Position numbers and translations under genes: made by a program. Shown here piece by piece: positions 27,419 to 42,100 of a stretch of 64,000 bases of DNA. The DNA comes from Ptychomitrium polyphyllum (taxonomy: Eukaryota). A model generated the notes under the pieces. It had not been told where the DNA came from. It searched no databases and saw only the letters and a list, made by a program, of their open reading frames with translations. The stretch spans positions 4,278,001 to 4,342,000 of the forward strand of contig OZ316776.1 in assembly GCA_973851085.1 (NCBI GenBank). The letters are read 5' to 3'. Within the stretch, counting starts at the first letter, position 1; the number at the start of each line of letters is the position of its first letter.

Positions 27419-28968
27419 TGTTAAGGTCCATGATTGAACTTCAGCCAGCCTGGACCCCATTCCCCTCACTCTCTCCAATCCCCGTCTAACACAGCAAACA
27501 AAACCCAAAGATGCATGATTCTGCCACAACTCACAGAAACCTTAAAACAAGGAATGACCGGAATCTCCAGGTGGTCCTGTCGACACTACCAACTTACTAC
27601 ACCCCGTCGCCGCTCGCCACAGCCACCTAACTATCACACCTCTCCTGCATTTAGCAATACGACTACTGCTAACATCCAGTCAAACAACAATCCTAAGTCA
27701 ATCATAAGCGGGGGGTAATAATAGCAACCTCTCCACACTCGCCTTGGCCGAACGATTCTCTTTCTATGCGCAAGTCCCGACTGAAAACGTCTGCCTCTGC
27801 GGACTGCGACCAAAGCCTCAGGCTGGAAAGGACCGGGTTTGAGCAAGGACGTCATACTAAATCAGTCCTTAGTCAACATTCAATTAATCTCTCGTAACGA
27901 CGACTCTGCATTCTGAAGTCGGCATGGGATGCTGCAAACTTTGCAAAGAAGTGAAGTAATATCAAATAAGTTCATCCACTCCTCGATCTATATCTAGGTG
28001 GTACTCATGTGATGCTGACAGTATACCCAGGTGATACTCAGGTAAATTTCTTCTGATTTCTACGTTGGTAGCCCGTCCAGGCCGTCGTTGACGTGCAAAA
28101 GAACGAAGGGACTCAGTGAAGCAGCTGAGTTTGCTTCGAAGCTCGAAGGCATGAAGCCCGGGAGACCTCTCGATTGACACCTACGTGACGAACATGTGAT
28201 ACTGTTCCAATACCCGGAAATACTCAGGCAATTCTCTGGAGGAATGCACTGCCAGCGAAGCTCACGGGAAGAGTGACTCTTGGTTAGAGACGACGAAATG
28301 GCCGAACTGTTGTGAGATGTGAGTTGGCAAAAAGATGAATATCGTCCAACTGGGCGATGGGCGTCGTCTCTGTCGGGGATGATTATCGTCTTTGTGACGA
28401 TACTTTTGAGATGAGGGTTGGTAAAGGGATGCATATAGTGGTAAAATAGATGAATGTCGTCGGTCTGGTGCTCTTTACCCGGCAGAGGGATGTTTCTGAG
28501 GCCTTTCTTTGGTGTGAGCTTGACACCTGCTGCGCTGCTGCTGCGTTTGCAGCTTCGTTGCTGCCTTCGACAACTACGTCGCTGACGTCGCCGGGCTCTG
28601 GTGCTCTACCTTTCCCCCGTCTTGCCTCTGTCGCAACCTTTTGTTTAAGCCCTTTCTTGCGTGTTTTGATGGAGTGTGGAGGTTAGGACGAGGAGGGGAG
28701 GAGTTTGAGGTTCTGAGGTGTCCCGGGCTTGTTGACCTCGGCGTTATTGTGTGAGAGAATTGCGTGAGGGAGGGAAGCATTGTGCTGGTGAGTACGGTGG
28801 ACCTTTCTTAGGGTTGGCGGCGGTGTTGTGTATAGCGGGAAGTGAAGCGCGTGACTTTGCCCCGCTTTGCTGAGTGTTTGTGGCTCGTGTGTGCGAGGGT
28901 TGGCGCTTCAGAGGATTCGTGTTTTGGTCTGCTCTTTTTCTGTGGACTTGGGACTGAGAGATTCGGAG

Positions 28969-31900
28969 ATGGCGGGCCGTTACGACAGCAATCCGTTTGA
29001 CGAAGAGGAGGAAGTGAATCCGTTCTCTGTAAGTGAACCTGCAGCTGGGGTTCTACAAGGAGCTTATAGAGTGGATCTTTTCCTTAGTTCTTTCTTTCAG
29101 TCAGAAGTTGGTGTGAATAGTGCGTGGATCAGTCAAATGCTGCGAGAATTAGTTTCTTGCCTAAATTTAATTTAAGAGGTAATTAGTGTAGGGGTTCTTA
29201 AAAGTGTAATCTGCGCGCGGTTCTTTTATGCTCGTTGGCTGTATCAGTGAGGGGTTAGGTTCTTTAAGGATTAACTTTATCGGGCTTGAGTATAACATGG
29301 TTTAAGTGTTCAAGAAAATGAGAATAGAGATATTACGTTGAGACACTGGGTTGGCTCTGACATCTTTACTAGAAAGGAGGTTGTGTTGCTGATTTTGTGG
29401 CTACGTGCGCCATAATGGACTGATATGAGGGATTTCCGACGCTAGTCAGAAGCATATTTATATGGTGGATGAAGTGGCTGAGAATCAAGTACTATTTAGG
29501 ACGCGAATTTACGAATTGGTGGAGGATGTATCAATGCTGCAGGATCCCGTGGTTCGGGCGCAGGCAGGAAAGCCGTCCTATGGTGGTGGTGGCCTTTTTG
29601 ACACGGTATGTCATCTGTTCCTGTTTGTTCTAGTGGACCTTTTGTGTCACGTAGATAATGCCATTTGAGTTCTTATAGGATTCTTATAACCGAGATTGTC
29701 GGCACATAGGAATGGGGTCTAAATGCGACCACCCTATATTCTGAGTGGGTGTGCCGGTTAGATGACTAATTCAGAAGGCTGGAAGATAGGAGGGAGTTAC
29801 TACATGTTCATTGATGATCTTAGTGTTGGCGGGACCTTCGTGGCTTTTTTTGGTGGAGAATGTCTGAATAATGTTCTGTTGCATTTTTGGTTATTAGGGA
29901 ATCTCATATTTATTCGTGGATGACTAAGTTATAGATTAGAAGGTTTTGGATTTTTGGTCATGGATTAAATCACGTATCTTAACTACTAGGATGGATTAAT
30001 AGAATTCTGTCACTAGGATGGATTAGAGCGAAATATTGGGTCATTTATTATCGTATTGTTATACATAATTCTGATTGCGCTGATTTTGATGTTGATCACT
30101 GTAATACGCTACTTCTTTCCATCCTGCAACATTTTTGTAATGTGGTATGCTTTGTTCGCTTGCTGATTAATTAAGAAATGCTGCGTTGAATTATTTCTTT
30201 GGATCCAAGCAGCACATTCTCGGTTATTCGTGCCGAAACGCCTAGAAACATGTCTTCTTGCTTTTTGTTAGACACAGCTGCTGCCATGATGGCTAGAAAT
30301 TTGATGAACTCGAGGTGGTTTAACTTTACTGAAACAAAACCTGATAGTTTTGAAGGCGCGCCTGTAGCTCAGGGATATCGTAAAGGTAGTAGTTGACTAA
30401 TTTTTTTATGTGAGACTATATTGACAAATGCAAAGTTTTTGACTTTGAGCAACTTGGAAATGTTTTACAGACGTCAAACTCTAGACTGTCTCCACTTCCG
30501 CATGAGCCAGCATTCTCAGGAGTAAATGACGCCACGGTGGATATTCCTCTTGGTGGTTCCAAAGTAAGCTTGACAAAATATTCAAGTCGTCGAGGTTTAA
30601 GAAAATACTCCGTATTTCAGAGCTTGTACTGTACCGCAGCCTTTTGTCAGCTTCTTTGATATTTCGAATAAGTTTGCTTGTTTCGTCTGTGATTTTCTTT
30701 TTTTTACTGATGCTGATCTGATATTCTGCTTGGGTACAGGAATTGAAGAGAAAGGAGAAAGAGCTGAAAGCCAAAGAGGAAGAACTGAGGAGAAAAGAGC
30801 AAGTACGAATGCATGCCCTTGTATCTGTTGTAGAACTGTTCTATTGGGCTCCTTGTTGTGCATCGTTGTCATAATGCATCTGTGTGACATTCATGATGAA
30901 GTAGCAAGTTAACATCAGAATACTTGAGTGTAACTATAATATCAATCTAATATTCTTGTACATATATGGAAATGTGCATTAATAACTCATCATATGCGAA
31001 ATGAGATCAATGGTATGCACAAGTGAATGCACATCATTAGCAATTAGACAATATACTATCTTTGTGAAGTGTGATGCCAATTGCATCCAATTAGCTCAGC
31101 TTATCTTTCTTTTGACACTGCGTAGATCTTCAGCTTCAATTATTTGCAGTAACCTTATGAACTTATCTCGTGGGAGTGTAGGAGCTGAAGCGCAGGGAGG
31201 ATGCTGCTGCAAGAGGTATTCCTATCGAAGTTTAAATCAAAACTGTACATGGTTGTTGTTATGAAGTGGACCTCTTGTAATGGTCACAAGGCTTAAATTC
31301 AATGTTCTGAGTTATTTTTAGCAAGAGCTCTTCATTTATTCATGATCTTGTTGGCATGGACTCTCTTTTGACTTATATAACCCACTTCATTGGAGTTTGT
31401 AATTAGTACTGCATATGCATAATAGCCTGAATGTGTGGCTGTGGCTTTTGTGGGCGGAATTTGCAGCTGGTATACTGATAGATCATAAAAATTGGCCACC
31501 CCTTGTTCCCATCCTTCATCACGATATCGCCAACGATATTCCAGCACATCTTCGGAGATTGATGTACTGGGCATATGGAAGTTGGTTAGGTATGATGCTT
31601 GAGATATTGAATTTAAACTTAGTTAGGCGTTGTTTTTATTGTCGTCATATTGAATTGTAAGGGAACTGGTCATTGAACATGGAATTTTAGGGGATAGAAG
31701 GTTAGAATTAGAGGTCCATAGTGGCATACTTTAGATGTTCGTTATCTTAAATTCTGAGGTTTTTCAATTATAATTGTTTACAGGTTACGGTAGTTTGAGG
31801 TTGCTGTGCTATTGGAGTAGTTTGTAGGTTGTTGAAATGATTGTCAATCGTATTTCTGTACTTATTGATCTATTTGCCTTTATCCAGGAATTATGCTTTG

Positions 31901-33790
31901 CCTATTTTGGAACTTTATCTGCGTGACTGCAGCCTGGATTGCGGGTGTTGGTGGTAAGAGACCAGGAACTTTGTTATCAGTTTGATCCTTGTACTCGTTT
32001 ACATTCTTTTATTTTCAGGTTATTATACGGCGAACTTGTGTGATGAACTCCAGTTAGACATTGTGAAAACATTCTCCGTTTCAATGACTGATAATCTTTT
32101 GGTAACAGGTGTGCAGATCTTTCTGCTTGGTATTATTTACGCCTTGGCTGGCTTTCCTCTGTCTTACTTTTTGTGGTACAGGCCTCTTTATCGGGCAATG
32201 AGGTACTAACTTGCAAAACCTTAGAACTATCATAATGTGGTTCTTATGCTTTATCTCTGGATTGTGACGAGGGAATGTATAAAACTTGAGAGAGAGTAGT
32301 GAGGATAATTTTTTGTACCCGCAACTAGCAGATTGATTGTGACTAAACATCATATGGTATCACTTCTGTAATATTGCTGAGTATGATTTAAGCTGTTTCT
32401 GTTTTCCATTTGACAGGTCTGAGAGTGTTCTGAGGTTTGGGTGGTTTGTTATTTTCTACCTGGTAAGTGCGATTTGGGTTCAGCCTTCTGTATTTTGCCA
32501 TCACCCTGGAAGAGGACGTTATACTCTTTTTAGGCTTTACGTGAATGAATTTATATTGTGTTGAACCGGCTAACAGATTGCACAGGCGCGCAAGCAATAA
32601 AACAAGAGCTTAAATCTGACGGTTACTATGTTTCAGTTGTTCCCATTAGTTTCTACCATTTCATCAAAGCATTGGAGAGGTGTCTAATTGATGTTTGCTG
32701 TCTTTGTATCTAAAGATTATCTATTGTTGACTTTGCTCTGTGTAGCTCCATATTGCGTTCTGTGTGTTGGCTGCTGTAGCTCCTCCTATCTTCTTCAAAG
32801 GAAAGTCACTTGCGTAAGTATTCAGGAGGTTATCAAAATCTATTAACCTAGTTCAACACATAGTGAATTGTAAAATTGTATGAGATAAAGTCATGAAATT
32901 TACTCTAGTTGCTGTCAAATGCTGAATATGTGGCTAAATTATTGAACATGTTGACTAATGCAGGGGACTTATACCAGCTATTGATCTTTTTGGGAAAAAG
33001 CTTGTCATTGGTGTAAGTGATTCTCCGCCTTGATCACCTTTTTCACTTTGATGTTTACACTTAGAGGAAGGTCAAAATTAGATGAACTTCCTAGACTGTC
33101 ATTTAGTTTTGTGGAGAATCTTGCGAAAAACACACTGTAGTGGCAAATATTGTGCGACAAAATTTTACGTGATTTGCCATTGGTGGGCCTCATGGTTGAC
33201 TTTGCACTTTCTCTTTCTCAAATTATGATTCTTACCTCTGGACTCATGCTGTTGAAAATAATGATTCTCTTGGGGCTATGTCTTTCCCAGATCTTTTATG
33301 CGGTGGGCTTTGGTTTGTATGTGCTCGAGGCACTTTTAAGCATCTGGGTTTTGAAGGTAGGAACAAACAATATCTTTGTAAACGCATGTTATGTGTTTAA
33401 AAAAAAGAATTTTCGCTTTTGTTTCGTGTTGATGTTATTGGGTCGTTTCTCAAAGTCCAACTTAATACACCCTCATCTATTTGGTGTGTGTTTTAAACGG
33501 TGTGTTTCATGTTTGTTAATTGGTGTCACCACCTTGACGCATTCCTGTTGAACTTAGCTTATATACTAGGTCTTCAATTAGTTGTAGTAGCCGGAATACT
33601 ATTTACTTTCTTTCTATAGTTTGTGTGGCTACTACATATCAACGACTTTTGCCATTTGGCAAGTGTGTTCTAAATTTCTTGTGCTATATTGTCTACACTG
33701 CAGAATGTCGGTCAGTACTTCAGGGGTGAGGGAAGAGCAGCAGAGATGAAGCGGGAAGCTGCAACTGGTGCTTTTAGATCAGCTATCTGA
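28969..33790 (+). CDS. SCAMP: Secretory carrier-associated membrane protein (~303 aa); exons 28969-29028, 29543-29605, 30471-30563, 30740-30802, 31182-31215, 31467-31589, 31888-31953, 32109-32202, 32417-32462, 32746-32813, 32964-33012, 33291-33356, 33704-33790
   Basis: N-terminal MAGRYDSNPFDEEEEVNPFS (two NPF motifs), SRLSPLPHEP, coiled coil ELKRKEKELKAKEEEL, KNWPP..ILHHDI, E-peptide LWYRPLYRAMR, TM helices, and C-terminal YFRGEGRAAEMKRE. All introns are GT-AG and the exons sum to 912 nt in frame. Confidence 0.95.
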
Positions 33791-35999
33791 TTCCTTCACA
33801 TTTAATTTATAGGTCAAGATTTCAGTATGTAAGAATGGTTGTACAAGTTCGGGTAGGTTTTCTTTTGTAGAAATTTTCAGGACTGTAGTAAAGCTTTCAT
33901 TGCAGTTGCAGATTGTGTTGCTAAAGTTCGACATGGAATATTTGCAGTTTTGACGTATTTATCTTGTTCATTGCAATACCGAACTCTTGGACAGTGAATT
34001 GTGATGGCGCTAAGTAATCTGAATGTTGATGTAGAGTCTCTCATTTACATCTGTTATGTCTATAATTATCTGTAATGTTATTTTGATGTTTATACCTTAG
34101 TAGTATTTTTTTTATTCTTAATTTGGTAGTATACAAGTGAAGTGTGCTGTTATACGGAATACCAACTTGAATGGCCTCTTTTATCTGGTTACTATATACC
34201 AGAAAAAATTTCGAAGTTTTGGAAAAATTGGTTCTCAAAACAGGTAACGAACATTTTGAAATTGTTTAAGCTAAAAATGGAACATAAGGAACATTTAATT
34301 TGTAGATGATCAAAAAGATACATTCCTAATGCTTCACTAAAGTTGATGGTTTTCAACATGAATTTTGATAATTGATGAGTTCCAAATAGTTTGATTGTGA
34401 ATTTGTTAATCATCAAAATCAATTTCTGCAAATTTATCAAAATGTTAGGAGCATAGAATTTAAGACATGAAAAGAAATTTTACATTTTACATATGAAAAT
34501 TTACCAATAATGTATGACAAATGAACTATTTTCTACAACTTAAAATTTTTTTTGGTATACTTTCATTTATTTTAGCTTGTCTTTTTTTCTACAATGGAAA
34601 AAGGCAATTTTTTTATCTTGGCAAATTTTTAATCCATCTTTTGATATGGAAATAATTGTAATTTCAAAAACTTTTAATTACACAAAAGCTTGAACAATTT
34701 TTGAAATTATTTTGTTTAGATGTAAATATCTTTTCTTTAAAGATTTTCATTTCCACAAAAAATAAGTTAGTTTCATCTATTTCTTAAGCTTTCTAGCTTA
34801 TGAAAGTTATATAAAATATGAATAAATATAAAAAAATTCAAATTTTGGAAATAAATGTTCTTAAGTTCATTCCTACTAACATATTTTTTAGATCGACTAA
34901 ATTTTTGGTTGAATTGAAGATCTTATTATCAACCAAGATAACACATTTGAAATATCACAATATAATAGATTCTATTAATTCTTTCAAAAATTTCTAATAT
35001 TTCATATTATTAAAAATTTATTGCATTTTGTTAATTAATTAAAAAAAAAATCTTTATTTCATATTGATTCTAATTTTTGTGTTGTTTTTGCAATAGTATA
35101 ATTTAAATTTTGTTAAAATATTAAATTTTAGACATTAAAATAAAATAATATTTGTGCCTAAATATGATTTATTTATTACAATATTAAAATTTTATATGTA
35201 CTATGGTTTTTTTGCTTTGCAAGCAAAGTACATAACACCACAAAATGATTAATTATGTTGAAGGTGACCAAATTGTGTAGTTTTGAATATCTCAATTTTA
35301 GAGAGCAGGCATATTTAAAATTAATTTTTGTATGTTTGTAATTTTTTTATACAGATTATATAATAATGCAAGATTTTATACATGTCAATAAATGAAATTC
35401 AAATCCAATTCATGATTAGATTGTGATTTTTGAAACATTGTCAAAATGGTTTAGAAATTCTATGTAATTTTCTTTAGAAATGATTTACTTACACTATTAG
35501 GAAAAAAAATCATTTTGTTATTCATTGTGCGTTTAAAACATTGTTAAAGATTGTAAATAAACATGATTCTTTTTAATGACATGATCTTAAGTCGTGAATT
35601 TTATTCACAATGCTATATACAAAATTGGATGTGTATAAATTATACTTACAACAAACAATGGTTTTACTTAAATCCAAAATATACAAAAAAGTTGAATATT
35701 GATATCATTGAAAATTAGTAATAACTAAAAAAAAGGTTAATTCTATAACGATGTTGCAATTAATATATTATTTATTAAATATAAGTATGATATTGTAATT
35801 ACAATGTTAATTTTCATCTTTACATGATCACAAATTTGTTGAATTAAATTGTATATATTACTTTTGAATTATAAATTTAGAAAGTATAAAGCTTTAATTC
35901 ACATTGGCATAAAAAGTATTTGGAGTTCTAAATTGCAATTCATTTTTATGAATAATATCAAATCAATTGAACTATCAAAATATAAAAAGTTGATAATTT

Positions 36000-38900
36000 T
36001 TAATCTTTAATGTGTGCTGTAAGATGTTTTTGCACAGCTAATGAAAGTATTTGTTTTTCTTCAAGGCTTTGTCTCCCTAATCCTTTTCCAAAATATTTAA
36101 AATACAATCTTGGTGACACATACACTACTTCTACCTTTTGTTGTCCATATGTTCGACCTTTGAGTGCATGAGCTGCTTGACATGCAGATTCTTCTCTTGA
36201 ATACTCTACATAAATATGTCCTATTTTTAAAGGTTCAAGTTCATTCAAATTGGACGTAGAAGTACCTATTTTATCATTAATCATCATATATTTAAGGGCA
36301 TTATATACAAAATTTCATGCATGAAAGTTTATGAAGTTAATCATGGTATTGTTTGCATCTTCAATAGATTTCAAATAAGTTCTTTTCATTAAATACTTGA
36401 TGATATTATAATTTCTAAGTTATATTATAATATATATTGTATACCATATTTAAATTATATGAGTTGTATTCCAAAATAAATAAATTTTTTTACTTTAAAT
36501 GTCTAGTAAAAACAATAATTTTAAGGATCATAAAACAAACCACAACAAATATTTGTATTTGAAATTGGTAGATTTGAAGTCGACACTGGTTGTAAAGATT
36601 CTTTTATGGATTGTTCTTCTTGTTCACAATCACGTCCATAGTTAGTTTTTGACAATATTTTTTCTTGTCTACAATTATATTCACCATCAGTTTCCAATAT
36701 TTCTTTATCAAATTTATCATGGTGTTCACAATTAGTTTCCAATAATTCTTTGTTATTTTTACAATCAACTTGAAACGTTAATTTATCAAACTTGCCACCA
36801 TGTTCAGAATCAAATTCCACCAATGTTTTTCCATCATTACAATCATTTTTAGAATCATCTTCAAAAGATGTTTTTTCTTTCCCACATTCATCTTTGCTAT
36901 CAATTTTTAAAGATATTTTTTCATCTTTACAATTGTCTTTACAATTGACTTTCAAAGATAAATTTTCTTTTTTACAATCATCTCCATAATCATCTTCACT
37001 GCCATCTTTTGATAATGTTGATGGAAAATTATTTATTACTTGTTCTTCATTAGAATCTCCAGTATCATGAGTTTCTTCACGTTCAATTAATGGGGAAACA
37101 TCCACATTGTCTTTCAAACCATATAATTTATTTATAATTTCTAAACTTGAAACATTATTTTTATCTTCATCACTAGGAGAGTTATTATCAAGTTTTATTG
37201 GATGACACACCTTTTCACTTTCTAAGGAATTACAAACCTAAAGACAAATTAAAACATACATTTTTATGATTATTTTATTGTAAAATATGATTCTGAAAAT
37301 AATAAAATGTTCATTATATAAAATTAAATAATCTTGATTAAAATATATTAAAAATTTTAAACATGTATATATTAAAATTATCATTACGTTCAATTTTTTA
37401 ATTACATTGTGTTTTTTAAAATAAATAAACGATTTATGAATATATCCTGATAAAGTTTGACAATATAACATACTTATTCTGCTACTACAATGGTCACATA
37501 CTTTAGTATATAAAATGTTTAATAAAGTGAAGAGACATAGAGTGTTGTTTAAGAGTTGTTTAATATAGTGCACTTTATGAATCGTGAAGCATGCAGACTC
37601 ATTAAATTTTATTTTTTTAAAATTACATATATAAGTATACTTACATTGGAAGTAGAAGTTACTATTGACGGTGGTGGCTTAACAAATTGCATAGAACGAA
37701 TATTGCCAAACCTGTTAAATGCATCATATTAAATAACTCATAATAATTTTTAAGTATGTTATATAAATTCTAAAACACATTTAGTATTTAAAAGTAGATC
37801 TTTGTATAAGTTTTTGCAAATGTAATAGTAAGTGGCTGTAAAATAATTATAATAATGATAATTCAATGACTTTTTATTAAAACGTAATTTTCATTGGTTT
37901 GAGTTTTGAATTTGATTTTTGTAAAATTAGTAATAGATTAATCCAAACATTAATTGATCTAATTTATCAAAGATATTACTTTTAGAAAAGTTTTAGTGTA
38001 AAAGAAAATATAAACTTTTTATTTTATTTTTAAAAAAATCTTCTAAAATTAAATTTGAGAATAGATGTTAGAATATAAATTTATATACTTAAAAAATTGT
38101 CTCCTATGAACATTATTTAATGCAATCCAACCTTTGAAACAAAATTTATTATTATAAAATGCAAGAATTATTGATTTAGATTTATTTTACTATTTATACA
38201 TTTAAAAATAATTTTGATTTATAATTTACTTAAAAAATACTTTAACAGCTTATAAATTTTATAATTTATACTATAATTTTTTATATTTAAGAATATATAT
38301 TGACTAAAGCTTATTATAGCTTTTTAAATAGGTACAAATCAATATATTCTTAATAGGATATTATTACCTTTTGCATTCAAAGCGCACATCTTCCATTAGT
38401 TCTTTTACATCATCATCTTCCATATTACAAACTTCTTCATNNNNNNNNNNNNNNNNNNNNNNNNNNNNNNNNNNNNNNNNNNNNNNNNNNNNNNNNNNNN
38501 NNNNNNNNNNNNNNNNNNNNNNNNNNNNNNNNNNNNNNNNAGTTTAAAAACTTTTTAAATATATTTATTTGTATAAATGTTTGACAAAGATCTAATAAAT
38601 ACAATAATTTATTGTCTCAATTTTAAACAACTTCAATTCTTATTCTAGAATTAAATTGAATGAATAAATTAACAAATGTTATTAAATCATACCAGATTAA
38701 GAAGTTTTATTATATTTGTTGTTGATTCTAGTAAAGGCAATGCCTCAAGAGGTACATCATAGAATGGTGGATTACTTGAAAAGACCTACCATTATGCAAA
38801 TAGTATATTTCAATGCTCCTACATTTGTAATATACATAATGACTTTGCAATCATTAAAAGTATATTATGTTAAAAATTCATAGATGTAATTTAAAAAAGT

Positions 38901-39144
38901 TTATTTTAGAAAGAATATAAAGTTATAAAGTATTTACTTACAACTTAAAACATAATAGATAAGAGATAATATAAATTTTGAATTTGATTTCTATACCTCA
39001 TATATTGCATTAGGTGTTGCTTGAAGTACAGTTAAAACTTGTCCTCCCAAATGCATGCCATTCAAACCCACGCAAGCTTGATGTGTCACCATTGGATCAA
39101 GATACTGTAACAATTGAATAATGTGAAAGATTGAATTTATGATA

Positions 39145-39194
<50 letters not shown>

Positions 39195-42100
39195 AAATAA
39201 ATATTTTACTAAATTTTGATTTTTTAATGGAATCTAAACCATCAAATGATTTTAAATTTGCACATCATTATCATTAATTAAATAAAAATTATGCCCAAAA
39301 TTTAAAATCATAATTTCATAAAATGTGATCATTATTTTATAATTGGAAAGTTTAAATTTCATTAAAACTATAAATTTAGTAAAATTTATATTAAATGAGA
39401 AATTATTTTTAAAATTATAAATTGATTATAATTACCTCCAAAAAGGCTGTAGAACCTTTATGATCTATTGCTTTCCAATGAAAAGACTTTAATTGTCCAA
39501 AGGCTGTTACTATTTCTTTGACCTAATATAAATTCATTCAAAATAAGTAATGAATATAACTTGTTAAGTCAAAGAGAACTTCTATCTTCTAAATGTCCAA
39601 GTATAGTAAGACTTTTTTATATTTGACTTTTATCAAAAACTATAGAATTTCAAAATTTAAAATACAAATAAATGTAATTCAATTACATTTGATTAATTAA
39701 TCTTTATACATAATGTAGATCTGTATGCAAAACATACTTGAATTTAATTAATGATTAATTGAACAAATATATAGCATTTAATGAAGGCTACATGCTATAA
39801 TAGAAATTGGTGTAAATTCAATATTACTTGTTGAAAACTTTAACAATTTCAGTGAAGAAAATTCCTTACAAATAAAAATATTATTAATAAAAATAAAACT
39901 AATCTTTTGAGATGTTTTAATAATTTTACAAATATCAAAAGTTGGAACACTATTATATGTACTAAACTGCTTTCACATATTTATCAACCATGTTTCTTTC
40001 CAAATTCTTATTTTCAAAATGGAGATCACTTATAGTTGGACTTCCGTGATTTTAAAAATTCTATATATATATATATATATATAATTTATTTATTTATATT
40101 TTGGTACCAAAATTTATTCAAATATAATCATAAATAATATGGTACTAAAAGATGGTACTAAAACAACAAAACTGACCTTATCAGGTGTTAATATTGATGA
40201 AATGCCACCAACAAATATCTTGAAGTGTAAGAACAAGATGAAAATTAGTAGCCCCCAAAGTAGCATGGTTCTTATTAACAAGAAACTTTGAGAACTCATT
40301 CACTAAATTGCATGACATATAAGAAAATTTTGCATGCTAGTAGAAGTTTTTATTACTCGAAGAAATGTTTAATTTAATGTAAGTAATTACCTTCTGTGGA
40401 GAATCTAATACAACATCTGACACCAAATTAATCATAGGTTGTGCAATTGGACAACCACCATGCTGTACAACCACAAGCCATAAGATAAATAGAATTGATT
40501 TTTCCAGATAGAAATATCAATTGTAATGTTGATTGAGAACCCATTATCACCTTTCGAGTAACAACACACAAATTCAGATATTATGCTAAAAGCTTAAAAA
40601 CAAATGGTAGAAAAGTTGATTCAAAAATTCAATTTTTATTACCTCAGGTGCAACAAAGTCTTTTGGACGTCTAATTTTAAGTATAGTTCCATGTAATGTA
40701 ACACCATCGAATCCAAGTGCAGTTGTAGCATCTTCCGGAGTAATAAATTCTGCAAAAGCATAAGCTTTTTCGATATTGACCTGAAACAACATAGTATACT
40801 ATCATATATTCTAAATCCAACAAACAAAACCTTTTCCGAATTCTTACGATGCTTTTTATAGTAGAATAACATCTTAGCATGGAGAACATCATTTGATGTA
40901 CAATGCAACATGTGTCAAGTTTTGTACAAACAAACCATTTTCGTTTTCAAAACCAGTTTATACAAGCCGAATGGTTTGTACTAGTACACATTTTTACACG
41001 GCTTTTATATTTGTGATACCAGTTATTAATAACTGAAAGAAATGCATCTGAAAGAAACAAAAAACAACCAAGTTAAAGAAAATCTAATTAAAAATGTTAT
41101 GGATACCAAATTTCGTTAGAAAACTCACAATGCAATTAATGCATGGCTTCGTTCCAGGAATATAATTAGCATTGGCTGATAACATGGCAGCATTCATGAA
41201 TTCCATTAACTCTCCATCTGAAACTGTTGAAGGAACATTTCCAACATATAATCTACGTATTGATCGTGTAGCTTGTGTTAAAGTAACTGTTGTGAGAGGT
41301 GGATTTACTTGATGCAAAATAGAAGGTATTATTGAAGCAAGATTAGGATTGGAAGAAACATTAAGATTGTTGGTTGGATTTGTAATGTTCATTGTTACAA
41401 GTGGAGACATAGATGACAATGTAGAAACTTGCTTTGCAACTGCTTGCTGAGCTGAGTGTGCAGCTTGTATAGCGGCAACCACTTTGTTATCAATTCCTGC
41501 AGGAACCATGTCCCATGCTCTTGTTTTTCGACGTTCTGGAGACCGTGGGGGCGGAGATGGTGTCTTGATAGCTGTTTTGGACCTTCGCCGACGCGGAGAA
41601 TATCCTCCTAAACCACTTGATCCAGTACGAAACCGACGACGAGAATCTGAAAATCCTGGTGTGGGTGACTTCTCAGCATCGCTTGGAAGATTGCCTTTGT
41701 GAGAAGTTTTGTCATCTTCTTCAGATTCTGGTGATACTGACCTTCTTGATCGTTTTCGAGAATGATGAGTCTGTGGAGCTTCCCTGTGAACGCTTGGAGG
41801 TGACAGTCGAGAGTCATGTTTATAGTTTTCTCTTGTTTTTTCGTCACGGAAAGAGTTTATTCCATGTGAGAAGCGGTACCTTTGTCTTGAATTCTTAAAG
41901 TCACGTACTTCATTGCAGTATCGTCCATGTGGCATGTTATATTTGCTTTCACTAAAGTTTGTCCTCCTTGGAAGTATATGGTGACGAGGAGCTGTTGAAT
42001 GGTGAGGGTATTTTCTAAACTCTTGAAATGCACACTCGCGTGTATGTGATGGCATATCACGATCATTGAATCTTCTTCTACCTCTAAAGTCCTCAAACCT

